Positions 9,842 through 20,389 are shown, counted from the stretch's first letter. The stretch is DNA of 64,000 nucleotides from an uncultured delta proteobacterium (GCA_963769935.1 CAVYNY010000013.1:585822-649821), one strand, 5' to 3'. A program made the numbers and translations. The notes: a model not told the origin generated them from the sequence alone.

Positions 9842-10687
9842 ATGAAATACGCCAAATATCATGCCCTGGGCAACGATTACATTGTCATCGACCCGGCCAA
9901 AATTCGGGACCAACTTTCTGAAAACATGATCCGCCGGATCTGTCACCGAAACTACGGGATTGGATCTGATGGTATTTTGCTTGGCCCCCTTGACAGCAGC
10001 GTCTGCAATTTCAGGCTGCAGATTTTTAATCCTGACGGCAGCGAAGCTGAAAAGAGCGGAAACGGTCTGCGCATCTTTGCAAGATACCTTTGGGATGAAG
10101 GTATCGTCGCCGAAAAGTCTTTCACGGTTGAGACGCTCGGTGGTGCAGTTACATGTCAAGTCGATCCCGACGGCAAGACGGTGAAGGTGGAGATGGGCGA
10201 AGTCAGCTTCGACAGCACGGTTATCCCGGTTGCGGGCGACCCGCGCGAAGTGCTGAATGAAGAAATTGAAACTGAAGGCCGTGTTTTTATATTTTGCGCG
10301 GCGACGGTCGGCAATCCTCACTGTGTGGTTCGTTCGAAACATCCGACACCCGAAGAGGCCCGCCGCTATGGTCCGCTGATTGAAACCGAACCCCGCTTTC
10401 CGAACCGTACGAATGTTCAGTTCATGCAGGTCATCGATCGTAATAACATCCGGATTGAAATATGGGAACGCGGCGCCGGCTACACGCTGGCTTCAGGCAG
10501 CAGCAGTACGGCTGCGGCTGCCGTCGCTCACAAGCTTGGTCTCTGCGAACCGGACATCATGGTCCATATGCCGGGCGGCCGCCTTAACATCCGGTTCAAC
10601 AACGGCTTTTTCGCCACCATGACCGGCCCGGCGACAAAAATCTGTGACGGCGTAATGACATCCGAAATGTTCAAGGAAAGCTCCTAA
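9842..10687 (+). CDS. dapF: diaminopimelate epimerase-fold protein with Ser replacing both catalytic Cys
   Basis: KYHALGNDY, GIGSDG, NPDGSEAEKSGNG, VGNPH, NVQF, WERGAGYTLASGSS motifs. Confidence 0.8.
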   Translation: MKYAKYHALGNDYIVIDPAKIRDQLSENMIRRICHRNYGIGSDGILLGPLDSSVCNFRLQIFNPDGSEAEKSGNGLRIFARYLWDEGIVAEKSFTVETLGGAVTCQVDPDGKTVKVEMGEVSFDSTVIPVAGDPREVLNEEIETEGRVFIFCAATVGNPHCVVRSKHPTPEEARRYGPLIETEPRFPNRTNVQFMQVIDRNNIRIEIWERGAGYTLASGSSSTAAAAVAHKLGLCEPDIMVHMPGGRLNIRFNNGFFATMTGPATKICDGVMTSEMFKESS

Positions 10688-10763
10688 CCCGGACCAGCCT
10701 AAACCAATCAGGAAATCAAAAGGGATCACATCTTAAATATTTAATAATTGGAATGAATTCTTA

Positions 10764-13022
10764 GTAGAGTAGAACATCGGTGCAGTGGCTGCAGGCGTCG
10801 GCGGCATCTCTGCCGATTTCCCGGCAGACCTCAGTCCGACTACCATACCTTCCTTCCCTTAGTCCCCTCGTCGAACCGGACGTCGGGTTTTCCCCGGTAC
10901 GGCTCACCGACGACCTTCCCCATGTGTTTATCAGTAACCGTTGTCGTTGAATTACAGTGACTAACCGAACTGGTATAATCCCAGTCGAACAACTAAATTG
11001 TTGTGGACTCTCCAAGTGCCCCTCGATCGATCACTGTACTTCCGCCTCAGGAATATTCGCAGCCGTTCGCGGACAAAGGCATTGAGTTTGCGAAGCCCTT
11101 TGAGCACCGGTCTTGTCGCTTTGTGATAATTGTTCCAACCCCGTATTACCGGTGTCAGCTCTTTTATCAACTCCTCCAGCGACAGACTATAGCGGCGCCC
11201 GATGACTTGCCTTACTCGCTGCCTGATGCGCCCCATCGAACGCTCTGAAGGCCATAATGCGCAGAACTGCTTTAATTTCGAGTTCTTCTTGCGCACCGGG
11301 CACACACGGAAATGCACGCCGAGAAAATCAAACCCGTCTTTCGCTTTAACCATACGCGTTTTATCCGGGTGCAGCTTCAAGCCAAGACGTCCCAGCATCT
11401 GCTCCACCTGCTTTTTAACCTGCTTTCCGTTACGCCACAGCAAGATAACAAAATCATCCGCATATCTTACCAGTGTTCCTGGAATTCCCGACATCTGGAA
11501 CATTTTGTCAAACGAGTGTAGATAGATATTGCTCAGCAACGGTGAAATTACACCACCTTGCGGAGTTCCCAGCCCGTTCGTTTCGATATATTTGCCCTCT
11601 TCCATGACCCCGGCTTCCAACCACATGCGAATTAACTTTAAAACACGAGCATCAGCGATGCGGCGTTCAACCAGTTCCAGTAGAATATCCTGGCGAATAT
11701 TGTCGAAAAATCCCGTTATATCGGCGTCAAAAACGATGCGCTGACCTTTGAAGGTAATCCTGCGTTCTATTATACGGATCGCGTCATGGGCGCTTCGCCC
11801 CGGACGAAATCCGTGAGAACAATCCAAAAAATTGGCCTCAAATATCGGCTCGATTACCAGTTTGGTCGCCATCTGGCAAACGCGGTCAAAAATAACCGGA
11901 ACCCCAAGCGGCCTTTTCTCAGGTTTGCCCGGTTTGTCGATATAGCACCGCAGCACTGGCTGCGGCCGGTACCGCTTGCTTTTTAATTGCTCGCGGACTT
12001 CCGCCAGAAATTGATCCACACCAATTACATCCTCGATGTATTCAAAATCCTGCCGATCGACTCCAGGTGCACCCTTGTTGGCCTTGACGCGCTTCCAGGC
12101 CTCCAAAACAACATCTTCACGATAGATCTTATCGTAAAGAGCCCCGAATCTCCTATCCAGCGACTGCTTCGCTGCATGGGACAGTTTAGACTGCAAGTCA
12201 GAAACTTTATTCCGCACGTTCATAGCTCCTTGAGCACTCATGCCTTCTTACTGTTACCAGATAGAAATGCAACTGGTGTTTAAACCGGTGATGATTCGGG
12301 ACAGTTCGAGTTCTTGGCCCGGTGGTCGCACCGTTCCCCAACGACTGCCGGTTGGGTTTTGTTAAAGCGGGGTCCCCGTAAACCCGCACCTTATCCTCAC
12401 CCTCAAATCTATCCACTGTTCCGCATTTCAACTCACACCCTAAACGCGGTCGAAGTATGGCCCCACGCTCAGGACAGGTTATGTTGTCCTGCCCGTCGTC
12501 ACTTCCAGGCCACTCCGACTTCCCTACGCCCATCACCTCCATCTTGCCGGTTTCACCCGACTTGATACAGGCTTACCGCAGGCGGAGACCTGCGGAGACG
12601 CTGGGATCTCAGGTCTTTCCTCCATTATCTGTCACCGCATGCCGTTGGCCTTACCCCGGGTCCCTACCAGGTGCTCATACCCTTTGCTTCCCTGGTAGCT
12701 CTGGCCTTCTCCCAAATTATAGAGGATCGGCGGGTATCCCTGCGATGCAGGGTTTATCCCTCAATCGGACTCTCCCAGCTATAGCCGTCCGATCACATCT
12801 TACGAGGCTGCACCATTCGCGTCATGCTACGGCCTGCGGTTTTGGCCGGCACCCCTGACTGGGTAAAACCCGCATGTCCTGCGAGCCGTCTCGGTACCGT
12901 GTCGGGGCAAGTTCAGCCCGCGTGTTACCACGCGAACCCGCCCTCTGCCTTCATATCCATAAGGGCAACTGATATGATAACCTCCTTTCAGGTTACTAGA
13001 TAATGGTCTCGCGACCTCGTAC
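10764..13022 (-). mobile_element. group II intron (IIB-like, En-minus), complete
   Basis: Domain V GAGCCGTACCGGGGAAAACCCGACGTCCGGTTC (10873-10905, AGC triad, AC bulge); long D6 ending CTACTCTAC at 10764; 5' end GTACG at 13022; EBS1 ATAATT (12715-12720) complementary to the 5'-exon IBS1 AATTAT. Confidence 0.9.
10961..12241 (-). CDS. ltrA: group II intron reverse transcriptase/maturase (no HNH domain)
   Basis: NKGAPGVD, RPLGVP, GFRPGRSAHDA, GTPQGGVISPLLSNIYL, RYADD, GFDFLG, RGWNNY; 426 aa. Confidence 0.95.
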   Translation of the reverse strand: MSAQGAMNVRNKVSDLQSKLSHAAKQSLDRRFGALYDKIYREDVVLEAWKRVKANKGAPGVDRQDFEYIEDVIGVDQFLAEVREQLKSKRYRPQPVLRCYIDKPGKPEKRPLGVPVIFDRVCQMATKLVIEPIFEANFLDCSHGFRPGRSAHDAIRIIERRITFKGQRIVFDADITGFFDNIRQDILLELVERRIADARVLKLIRMWLEAGVMEEGKYIETNGLGTPQGGVISPLLSNIYLHSFDKMFQMSGIPGTLVRYADDFVILLWRNGKQVKKQVEQMLGRLGLKLHPDKTRMVKAKDGFDFLGVHFRVCPVRKKNSKLKQFCALWPSERSMGRIRQRVRQVIGRRYSLSLEELIKELTPVIRGWNNYHKATRPVLKGLRKLNAFVRERLRIFLRRKYSDRSRGTWRVHNNLVVRLGLYQFG

Positions 13023-13026
13023 ATAA

Positions 13027-13072
13027 TTAAGATGCGACCCCTCCTCCCGCAAAGATGTGACCCCTCCTCCCG
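13027..13072 (+). repeat. REP-like repeat: tandem AGATGYGACCCCTCCTCCCG x2, inverted partner at 10722-10736
   Basis: Direct read of the sequence on both sides of the intron. Confidence 0.7.
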
Positions 13073-13289
13073 ACACAAAATTTTTACCAAAAAGTGATAC
13101 TTTCGTGAGGACTAAGTGATTAAGGCCTCTTATTAATAGGAAAGTGTCGTCAAGAGTTCCCCTGCCTGATCGAATAATTTTTATAGCTCGCTTTCAAAAA
13201 AAACAAGTTTATATCAACTCAACTTTTCGACCATCAACCCAAGCCCGGTTTCCATTTGGAGCCCGGGACCCTAAAAGAGAGGAGGTCTT

Positions 13290-15794
13290 ATGATACGCCG
13301 AAAAATACTGCAGCTTTGTCTGGCCGGCCTTTTGGTCGGTGCCGCCGGAGTCGCCCAGGCCGATAAAAATTCAGCTTCAACGTCGGTCCCGTCCCCGCAA
13401 GCCTTGGCAAAAAAAATGGCGGCGGTCAGAGTCCCTTTTATTGAAAATAAAGGGCAAATCGCCAATGATGATGTTCAGTTCTATGCCCAGACGTTCGCCG
13501 GAACATTATTTGTTACCAAGGAAAACCATTTAGTGTATTCATTGCCGCAAAAAAATCACAAAAATGCCGGGGCAGTTTGGGTGTTTCGTGAATCGTTTGT
13601 CGGCCGGCGGCAAACACGCCCCCGGGGTGAGCGTGAAAGCCCTGTCCGGGTGAGCTACTACAAAGGCAATGATCCACACGCCTGGCAAAAGCAGGTGCCG
13701 GCATTCGACGGCATTGCTTTGGGCGAGTTGTTTCCGGGAGTCCGCGTGTCGCTCAAGGCCGCGGGCAACAATGTGGAAAAATTGTTCTATGTGTCGCCGG
13801 GCGCCATACCGGATGCGATTAAAATCGATGTCGACGGCGTTCGGTCTATGTCCATTAATGCACAGCGGCAATTAGTCCTGGATACGGCGCTGGGCGATAT
13901 TGTTTTTACGGCTCCCATCGCCTACCAGGTGATGGACGGCAAACGGCAGGCAGTTGATGTGGCATATACGCTTGCCGACGGCCGCTACGGATTCAAAGTG
14001 GGTGATTATGATAAAAATTATGAACTGGTAATTGATCCGCTGCTGGCCTCCACTTATATCGGCGGCCACAATCCGAGCCCGCCGGGAAATTATGACGACG
14101 ATATCATCTATGGCATGGTCGCAACTGCTGACTCGGTCTATATCGCCGGCGCCACCCAGTCGCCTGATTTTCCAGTCGAGATGGGATATGATGAAAATCT
14201 TGACAGCGCTTACCCCGACGGCTTCATCACCCAACTGACCAGCGATCTATCGACCCTGGTTGCGTCTACTTATATCGGGACCCAATATTTCGACCGGGTG
14301 CAGGACATTGCCGTGGATGACAGCGGCCTGATCGTCGCGGTCGGCCAGGCGGGTTACGGGTTTCCGGTAACGAACGGGGCTTATACCTGGAGCGGCACCA
14401 CGCCCGTCGGCGGGGGATTCATTGCCAAGTTCAGCGCCGATTTGGCGAACCTGGTGGCTTCCGCTGTGGTGACGCCTTCCGATTATCCACTGCAGGTTGC
14501 CCTGGGCAATGATGGCATCTATTTTGGCGGCCGCACCAATAATCCCGGTTTCCCGATTACACCGGGTGCCTACCGTTCCACCTGCTGCCCGGCGGGAGGA
14601 TTCGGCATCCGCGAGTATGATGGTTTTGCCGGCAAGATGTCTTCGGATTTAACCAGCCTGGAAGCCTTGACTTATCTCGGGGGAGACAGCGTCTCGGGAA
14701 TTGCGGTGGCGTCCGACGGCACGGTGTTTATTTCCGACGGCACCGATAATGCAATTACCGGCTACCTGGCCCGCTTCGATGACGTTCTCACCAGTCGTCT
14801 GGCTTACCTGAGCTACTATCCGGGCAGCACCAGCGGCAGCAGCCGCACCTATTTTAATGATGTGGCCGTTGGTGACGGCTTTGTCGTGGCGGCCGGCCAG
14901 ACTTACATGAATGATTTGCCCGCTACCGACGGTGCCTTTGATACCAACTGCGGTTCGGATGGCGTTTGTGACGGTGTGGGGTCATTGCTGGTGCCCAAGC
15001 CCGACGGTTTCGTCGCCAAATACAGCCTTGATCTGCAAACCACGCTGGCCTTGACTTACCTGGGCGGATCTGACGGCGAATCGTGCCGTTCCATCGCATT
15101 GGATGCGAACGATGACGTCTATGTTGCCGGTGAAACCTTCTCCCCGGATTTCCCCACCTCCGCCGATGGCGCCGACACCGGCTGCGGCACCGACGGACAA
15201 TGCAATCCTTCCGGTACCTATAGCACTCCCACGGCCGACGGCTTTGTGGTTAAACTGTCCGCCGACTTGTCGCAGATGCTGTATGGCAGCTTTATCGGCG
15301 GATCGGACGAAGATCGCCCGAACGTTATTGCCGTAAATGATGCAGAGGGGGTCTATGCCGCCGGCTATACCCGGTCGCCAGACTTTCCGGCAACAGCCGG
15401 CGCCTTGGATAGGACCTATAACGGCGGCACGTCGGATGCTTTTGTCAGTCTGTTTGACGCCGCAGGCGATGGTTCCGGCGGCGGGGGTGGCACGCCTCCC
15501 CCCAATGAGGCACCGGTGGCCGACGCCGGCAGCGATCAAACCGTCGGTTCGCGGCAGCGCGTGTATCTGGACGGCAGGGGATCAAATGACGCCGACGGTC
15601 AAATCGTCCAGTATCACTGGACCCAGGCAGCCGGGGCTGCCGTATCAATAAAAAACGCCAATTCCGCGGTGGCGAATTTTACCGCGCCCAGACCTCGGCG
15701 CGGTGCAACCATAACGCTGGTGTTTGAATTGGCAGTGACCGACAACCTGAATGCCACAGCCACCGATCAGGCAACCGTAAAAATAAGTCGATAG
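13290..15794 (+). CDS. secreted SBBP-repeat (beta-propeller) protein with C-terminal PKD-like domain
   Basis: Signal peptide; PFIENKGQ N-domain; LVIDP; repeated STYIGG/AG.T.S.DFP/DGFV.K units; PVADAGSDQTV...LDGRGS PKD motif. Confidence 0.88.
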   Translation: MIRRKILQLCLAGLLVGAAGVAQADKNSASTSVPSPQALAKKMAAVRVPFIENKGQIANDDVQFYAQTFAGTLFVTKENHLVYSLPQKNHKNAGAVWVFRESFVGRRQTRPRGERESPVRVSYYKGNDPHAWQKQVPAFDGIALGELFPGVRVSLKAAGNNVEKLFYVSPGAIPDAIKIDVDGVRSMSINAQRQLVLDTALGDIVFTAPIAYQVMDGKRQAVDVAYTLADGRYGFKVGDYDKNYELVIDPLLASTYIGGHNPSPPGNYDDDIIYGMVATADSVYIAGATQSPDFPVEMGYDENLDSAYPDGFITQLTSDLSTLVASTYIGTQYFDRVQDIAVDDSGLIVAVGQAGYGFPVTNGAYTWSGTTPVGGGFIAKFSADLANLVASAVVTPSDYPLQVALGNDGIYFGGRTNNPGFPITPGAYRSTCCPAGGFGIREYDGFAGKMSSDLTSLEALTYLGGDSVSGIAVASDGTVFISDGTDNAITGYLARFDDVLTSRLAYLSYYPGSTSGSSRTYFNDVAVGDGFVVAAGQTYMNDLPATDGAFDTNCGSDGVCDGVGSLLVPKPDGFVAKYSLDLQTTLALTYLGGSDGESCRSIALDANDDVYVAGETFSPDFPTSADGADTGCGTDGQCNPSGTYSTPTADGFVVKLSADLSQMLYGSFIGGSDEDRPNVIAVNDAEGVYAAGYTRSPDFPATAGALDRTYNGGTSDAFVSLFDAAGDGSGGGGGTPPPNEAPVADAGSDQTVGSRQRVYLDGRGSNDADGQIVQYHWTQAAGAAVSIKNANSAVANFTAPRPRRGATITLVFELAVTDNLNATATDQATVKISR

Positions 15795-15919
15795 CTGAGG
15801 GTTTTTCAAGTATTCCATCATTCCAGAATTCCATTATTCCATGATGGAGACAAGAGCCCGACCGTCAAAGAATAACCTGTATTTTCATATAGCCGTGGAA
15901 TTTAGAGACGATTAATCAT

Positions 15920-15946
15920 CGGGCGCTTTTTAAGCGCCCGTTTTTT
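15920..15946 (+). terminator. intrinsic terminator
   Basis: CGGGCGC-TTTTTAA-GCGCCCG followed by TTTTTT. Confidence 0.8.
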
Positions 15947-16193
15947 ATCGCCCGCCTGAGTTATGGCTGAAAAATCAGGTCCGCCCCCGAACGCAGGCTC
16001 CCTTTTGAGCCGTTGACACACCTGTCTAAATTAATTATCTTTCAAAAATTCTTATCATCCGAAAACCCACCCGCAACTCTGGTCTGAATTGTCTGCGGCA
16101 TATTGCCTCACGAGGGCAGCGTGCGTTCACCGCAAGGGGCGAATCCGTTTTGTGATCAGTCAGCGATGGGAGCATTCCTGGTGCCGAGGGCAT

Positions 16194-17648
16194 ATGAACG
16201 ATTCCGTACCTCTCAACAAATGGCTGGTACTGTCCCTGGTGGCCGTGGGCATTTTCATGTCCACCCTGGACGGTTCGATCGTCAACGTGGCCCTGCCCAC
16301 CATCATGGCCGAACTCGGTGTGCCGCTTACCACGGTTAAATGGGTGGTGGTAATATACCTGCTGACGGTATCGTCTCTGCTTCTGTTCTTTGGCCGCCTC
16401 TCGGACATTCGTGGCAGGCGCTGGGTCTACAGCCAGGGACTGGCGGTTTTTTCCCTGGGCTCCCTTTTGTGCGGCCTGGCTCCGAATGCCGCCTGGTTGA
16501 TCGTCTGGCGTGCCCTGCAGGGAGTGGGAGCCGCCATGATCATGGCCTGCACCCCGGCTCTGGTGGTAGATGTCTTTCCGGCGCAGGAACGGGGCCGGGC
16601 CCTGGGCATGGTGGGGATGGTCGTGGCGGGCGGCCTCACCATGGGACCCGCCTTGGGCGGAATACTGCTGCAGTTCTTCCACTGGCGGGTAATCTTTTAT
16701 ATCAACGTACCCGTCGGTGCGGCCGCTGCGGCCGCCGTCCTTGTGCTCCTCAGAGGAGGCCCGGAAACGATATCACCGGAGCCGATTGACTGGCCGGGCA
16801 CAATTCTGCTGATGGTTTGCTTTCCGGCCCTTTTGACGGCCCTTTCCCGGGGGGGCGAGTGGGGCTACACCTCGCCCCAGACGCTGGGTCTCGTCTGCGT
16901 GTTTCTCGTTTGTCTGATTCTTTTAGTCGTGGTGGAAACCCGCAGCCGTTTTCCCATCGTGGAGCCGGCGCTGTTTTCGGTCCGGCTTTTCTCGGTGAGC
17001 ATCGCGGCCGCCGTGACCCTTTATATCAGCCTGTTCACGATATCTTTTATCATGCCCTTTTACCTCGTCAATCCGGCCGGATTTCCAATGGCCAAAACCG
17101 GCGGCATTCTCGTCATCCCGTTTTTCTTCCTCTTTATCTGCGCCCCGATTGCCGGCAGCTTGAGCGACAAAATCGGCTCACGTCTTTTATGCACACTGGG
17201 ACTGTCCTGCATGGCCCTTTCCCTGCTTTCCTTTGCGCGGATGCCGGCCGGCACGGACATCTGGCCGGTTGCCTGGCGGCTGGCCCTGGCCGGAATCGGC
17301 ACCGCTACTTTTACCTCGCCCAACAGCGCGGCCGCCATGAGTGCCGTGGCCCAGCAACGCCGGGGAATCGCCGCGGCCCTCGTCGCCACGGCCCGCAACC
17401 TGGGCATGGTCTTCGGTGTCGCGACAGCGGCGGTCATCTTCAACGCCTCTTTCCAAAAAGCCTCGGGCGGACAAAGCCTGCAAAACTACCACCCCGGCCT
17501 GGAAGGGGCTTTTATGACCGCCTTTCACCACGTCATGCTGTGGGGCGCCGCCGTAGCCGCTTTCGGTGCGATGTTATCGGCGCTGAGGGGCAAAGATTTT
17601 AGAGTAGGAAGGCCGGCCAAAAGCAAACCGGGCGGCTCGCATATTTAA
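16194..17648 (+). CDS. MFS transporter, DHA2 (EmrB/QacA) family
   Basis: FMSTLDGSIVNVALP, GRLSDIRGRR, WRVIFYINVPVG motifs; about 14 TM. Confidence 0.92.
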   Translation: MNDSVPLNKWLVLSLVAVGIFMSTLDGSIVNVALPTIMAELGVPLTTVKWVVVIYLLTVSSLLLFFGRLSDIRGRRWVYSQGLAVFSLGSLLCGLAPNAAWLIVWRALQGVGAAMIMACTPALVVDVFPAQERGRALGMVGMVVAGGLTMGPALGGILLQFFHWRVIFYINVPVGAAAAAAVLVLLRGGPETISPEPIDWPGTILLMVCFPALLTALSRGGEWGYTSPQTLGLVCVFLVCLILLVVVETRSRFPIVEPALFSVRLFSVSIAAAVTLYISLFTISFIMPFYLVNPAGFPMAKTGGILVIPFFFLFICAPIAGSLSDKIGSRLLCTLGLSCMALSLLSFARMPAGTDIWPVAWRLALAGIGTATFTSPNSAAAMSAVAQQRRGIAAALVATARNLGMVFGVATAAVIFNASFQKASGGQSLQNYHPGLEGAFMTAFHHVMLWGAAVAAFGAMLSALRGKDFRVGRPAKSKPGGSHI

Positions 17649-17659
17649 TGGCTTATTTC

Positions 17660-17688
17660 TTGCGACAGCCGCCGCGGTCTGGTATACT
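17660..17688 (+). promoter_or_regulatory. sigma70 promoter upstream of the LysE gene
   Basis: TTGCGA-17 nt-TATACT. Confidence 0.55.
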
Positions 17689-17793
17689 CGCCGCCGTGTA
17701 CCCGCAGGCAGGCTGCGGACATCCGCCCAATTGCGTGCTGCCCGGTCGTCCTTGCCGTTAAAGGTATTTTGTCATCAGCTAAGGAGATGCTTT

Positions 17794-18429
17794 ATGCCGC
17801 ATTTTACTCATCTGCCCCTGTTCATTCTGGCCTCGGCGGTGCTGCTCGTCACTCCCGGTCCTGCAGTCCTCTATATTCTTGCCCGCAGCGTGGATCAAGG
17901 CCGCCGCGCGGGTCTGGTTTCCGTGTGCGCCATCGAAACGGGCAATTTCGTGCACGTCATCGCGGCAACCCTCGGGCTGTCCGCCCTGCTCCTCTCATCG
18001 GCCCTGGCCTTTACCATTGTGAAGTATCTGGGCGCCGCCTACCTGGTCTACCTTGGCCTGCGCAAGATATTTTCGCGCCGGTCCGTCCAGGCAAACGGCA
18101 GCAGCCAGCAACAAAGCCTGCACCGGATCTTTTCACAAGGCGTGATGGTTGCGGCCTTGAATCCGAAAACAGCGCTGTTCTTTGTCGCTTTCCTGCCGCA
18201 GTTTGTCGACCCGTCCCAGGGCGCAGTCGCTCTGCAAATGTTGGTTCTGGGATGCCTCTTTGTCACGATGGCGCTGGTAAGCGACAGCCTGTATGCGCTG
18301 CTGGCCGGAACGGTCGGACAGTGGCTCAAAAGCTCTCTTGCGGCCGTACGCGCAGGACGCTATTTGATCGGCGGTGTGTATATCGGACTGGGGGTAACGG
18401 CGGCCCTGACCGGCGCACGCCGGCACTAA
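17794..18429 (+). CDS. LysE/RhtB family translocator
   Basis: TPGPAVLY, KYLGAAYLVYLG, LNPKTALFF.AFLPQF; AAGGAG RBS. Confidence 0.93.
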   Translation: MPHFTHLPLFILASAVLLVTPGPAVLYILARSVDQGRRAGLVSVCAIETGNFVHVIAATLGLSALLLSSALAFTIVKYLGAAYLVYLGLRKIFSRRSVQANGSSQQQSLHRIFSQGVMVAALNPKTALFFVAFLPQFVDPSQGAVALQMLVLGCLFVTMALVSDSLYALLAGTVGQWLKSSLAAVRAGRYLIGGVYIGLGVTAALTGARRH

Positions 18430-18574
18430 GGGCTTGCCCGCGCCGGGTTTATGCATATTTTAATAACAATAGACCGGAGCGTTAAGGAAACACGAGCCCA
18501 CAAACCAGCCCGAAGTTGATGCGGGATGAGTGGCGGGGCTCCTTTTGAAACCACTTCGCGTTTAAGGAGGATCT

Positions 18575-19003
18575 ATGGATCGACCCTTTGCAGCAGAGAA
18601 TACAAAAGAGCGTAATAGACTGATTTCGCTCGTCGGACGGTTAACAGACCAGGAGCTTAGACTCCCTTTAGGCAATGATTGGACGATCGCGGTCGCCTTG
18701 GCGCATCTGTCATTTTGGGATCAGCGCGCCCTGTTTCTAATGCGAAAATGGCGGAAGAGCGGGGTTGTCGAACCGTCACCGATAGACGTTGATCTCACAA
18801 ATGATTCACTCCTTTCTCTATGGTTGGCACTGCCACCGCGGGCGGCGGCCGATCTCGCGGTGTCATCTGCTGAGCAAATAGATCGTGAACTTGAAGACGC
18901 CCCTTCTGATCTGATCACCAAAATTGAACGCCTTGGTGAAAATTCCAGGCTTTACAGGTCCTTACATCGCAAAATGCATGTCGACGAGATCGAAAAGAGG
19001 TAA
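18575..19003 (+). CDS. DinB/maleylpyruvate isomerase N-terminal-like protein
   Basis: WTIAVALAHLSFWD...HRKMHVDEIE four-helix DinB pattern. Confidence 0.75.
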   Translation: MDRPFAAENTKERNRLISLVGRLTDQELRLPLGNDWTIAVALAHLSFWDQRALFLMRKWRKSGVVEPSPIDVDLTNDSLLSLWLALPPRAAADLAVSSAEQIDRELEDAPSDLITKIERLGENSRLYRSLHRKMHVDEIEKR

Positions 19004-19080
19004 AGAATGACCACCAAGAAAATGTCACGTTACGAAAGCCCTTGTGCCAAATACATCTACGAGCTTGAGGAGGATTAGGT

Positions 19081-19775
19081 ATGCATGCCCACGGCCTGCA
19101 GCACGTTCCATTTGAAGGTCTCGGCAGCATCGAGCCATGGCTTATATCGGCCGGATACAGGATAACGAATACCAGGTTCTTCCACACAACCGAACTGCCG
19201 CGTCCCCAGGAAATAGATTTGTTGGTCGTGATGGGAGGTCCAATGAGCGTCAACGATGAGCGCGAGTTTCCGTGGCTGGCACAGGAAAAGCGCTTTATTC
19301 GCAGCGCCATAGACCTCGGCAAACCGGTTTTGGGAATCTGCCTCGGTGCCCAACTCATAGCCACGCGATGGGGGCGCAGGTATATCCGAATCCCGTCAAG
19401 GAGATCGGCTGGTATCCAATCCAAGGCGTTGCAGCGGAGGGCGGATGGACTTTCAGCTTCCCGCCGTCGGTGGAGGTTTTCCACTGGCACGGCGAGACTT
19501 TTGACCTTCCGTCCGGGGCCGTCCGCCTGGCGAGAAGTGAAGGCTGTGAAAACCAGGCGTTTCAGCTCGGCCGGTTGGTTATCGGTTTACAGTTTCATCT
19601 GGAGACCACACCTGCGTCGGCGCGAGAGATGGTCTCGCACGGACGCGCAGAATTGGTGCCGACGAGGTTTGTGCAGCCTGAGACGGCCATTCTCGCCGCC
19701 TCCTCTGAGAAATACCGCGAAATCAACCGCTTGATGGCTGAAGTGCTCAAGTTTCTGACACGCGTCGACGGCTAA
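19081..19775 (+). pseudogene. class I glutamine amidotransferase, frameshifted near 19365
   Basis: Frame 1: LQHVPFEG...MGGPMS...GICLGAQL. Frame 2: MGAQVY...EIGW...FHWHGE...GLQFHLE. One base is missing at the junction. Confidence 0.85.
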
Positions 19776-19939
19776 CAGGGAGCTGCACCGGGCATAAGCC
19801 GGCAACATGCATTGGCTGCCTGCCTTTGATCCTGCTTAATCATTAAACGTCAAGTAAGACACTCCCAGCGGCGCAGCTGCCGGGGTGGGCGTCGGACAGA
19901 CAAAATAGATTGGAAACGAAGTTTTCAACGTTTAAATCT

Positions 19940-20389
19940 ATGCAACGAAATATAGCTAAACTCAAACCGGCGGTGGACAAACGGGTGTTGCTGTTTCTGG
20001 CCGGTTTTATGTGGGTCGGTGTCGGAGCAATGCTGCTGTATTTATCATATGCCTGGCTGAACGCTTTTCATGTACCCGGCTCGTTCGTATTCGAAGCGAG
20101 CGGCGTTGCCGCGGCATTGGTAATCCATCACTTCGGATTTTTGAAAATTGTAGACAAGAACCTGGGACGCATTCTGCCGATGGAGGGAAAAAGATGCATT
20201 TTTTCTTTCTTATCATGGAAGAGTTACCTCCTGGTCGCCATAATGATTGCACTGGGCGTATTGCTGCGGCATTCCCCGATACCAAAACCGTATTTATCGG
20301 TGCTGTATACAGCAATCGGCCTGGCACTTGTGCTTTCGAGCGTTCGGTACTTAAGGGTCCTGCTGAGTCAATTCAGAAACACCAAATAG
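19940..20389 (+). CDS. hypothetical membrane protein (4 TM)
   Basis: Hydrophobic segments; FSFLSWKSYLLVAIMI..G..LR pattern. Confidence 0.75.
   Translation: MQRNIAKLKPAVDKRVLLFLAGFMWVGVGAMLLYLSYAWLNAFHVPGSFVFEASGVAAALVIHHFGFLKIVDKNLGRILPMEGKRCIFSFLSWKSYLLVAIMIALGVLLRHSPIPKPYLSVLYTAIGLALVLSSVRYLRVLLSQFRNTK

Noticed and set aside
12327..12331. Canonical GUGCG as the intron 5' end
   Set aside because: Only about 90 nt from the RT start, leaving no room for domains I-III; EBS1/IBS1 pairing supports 13022 instead.
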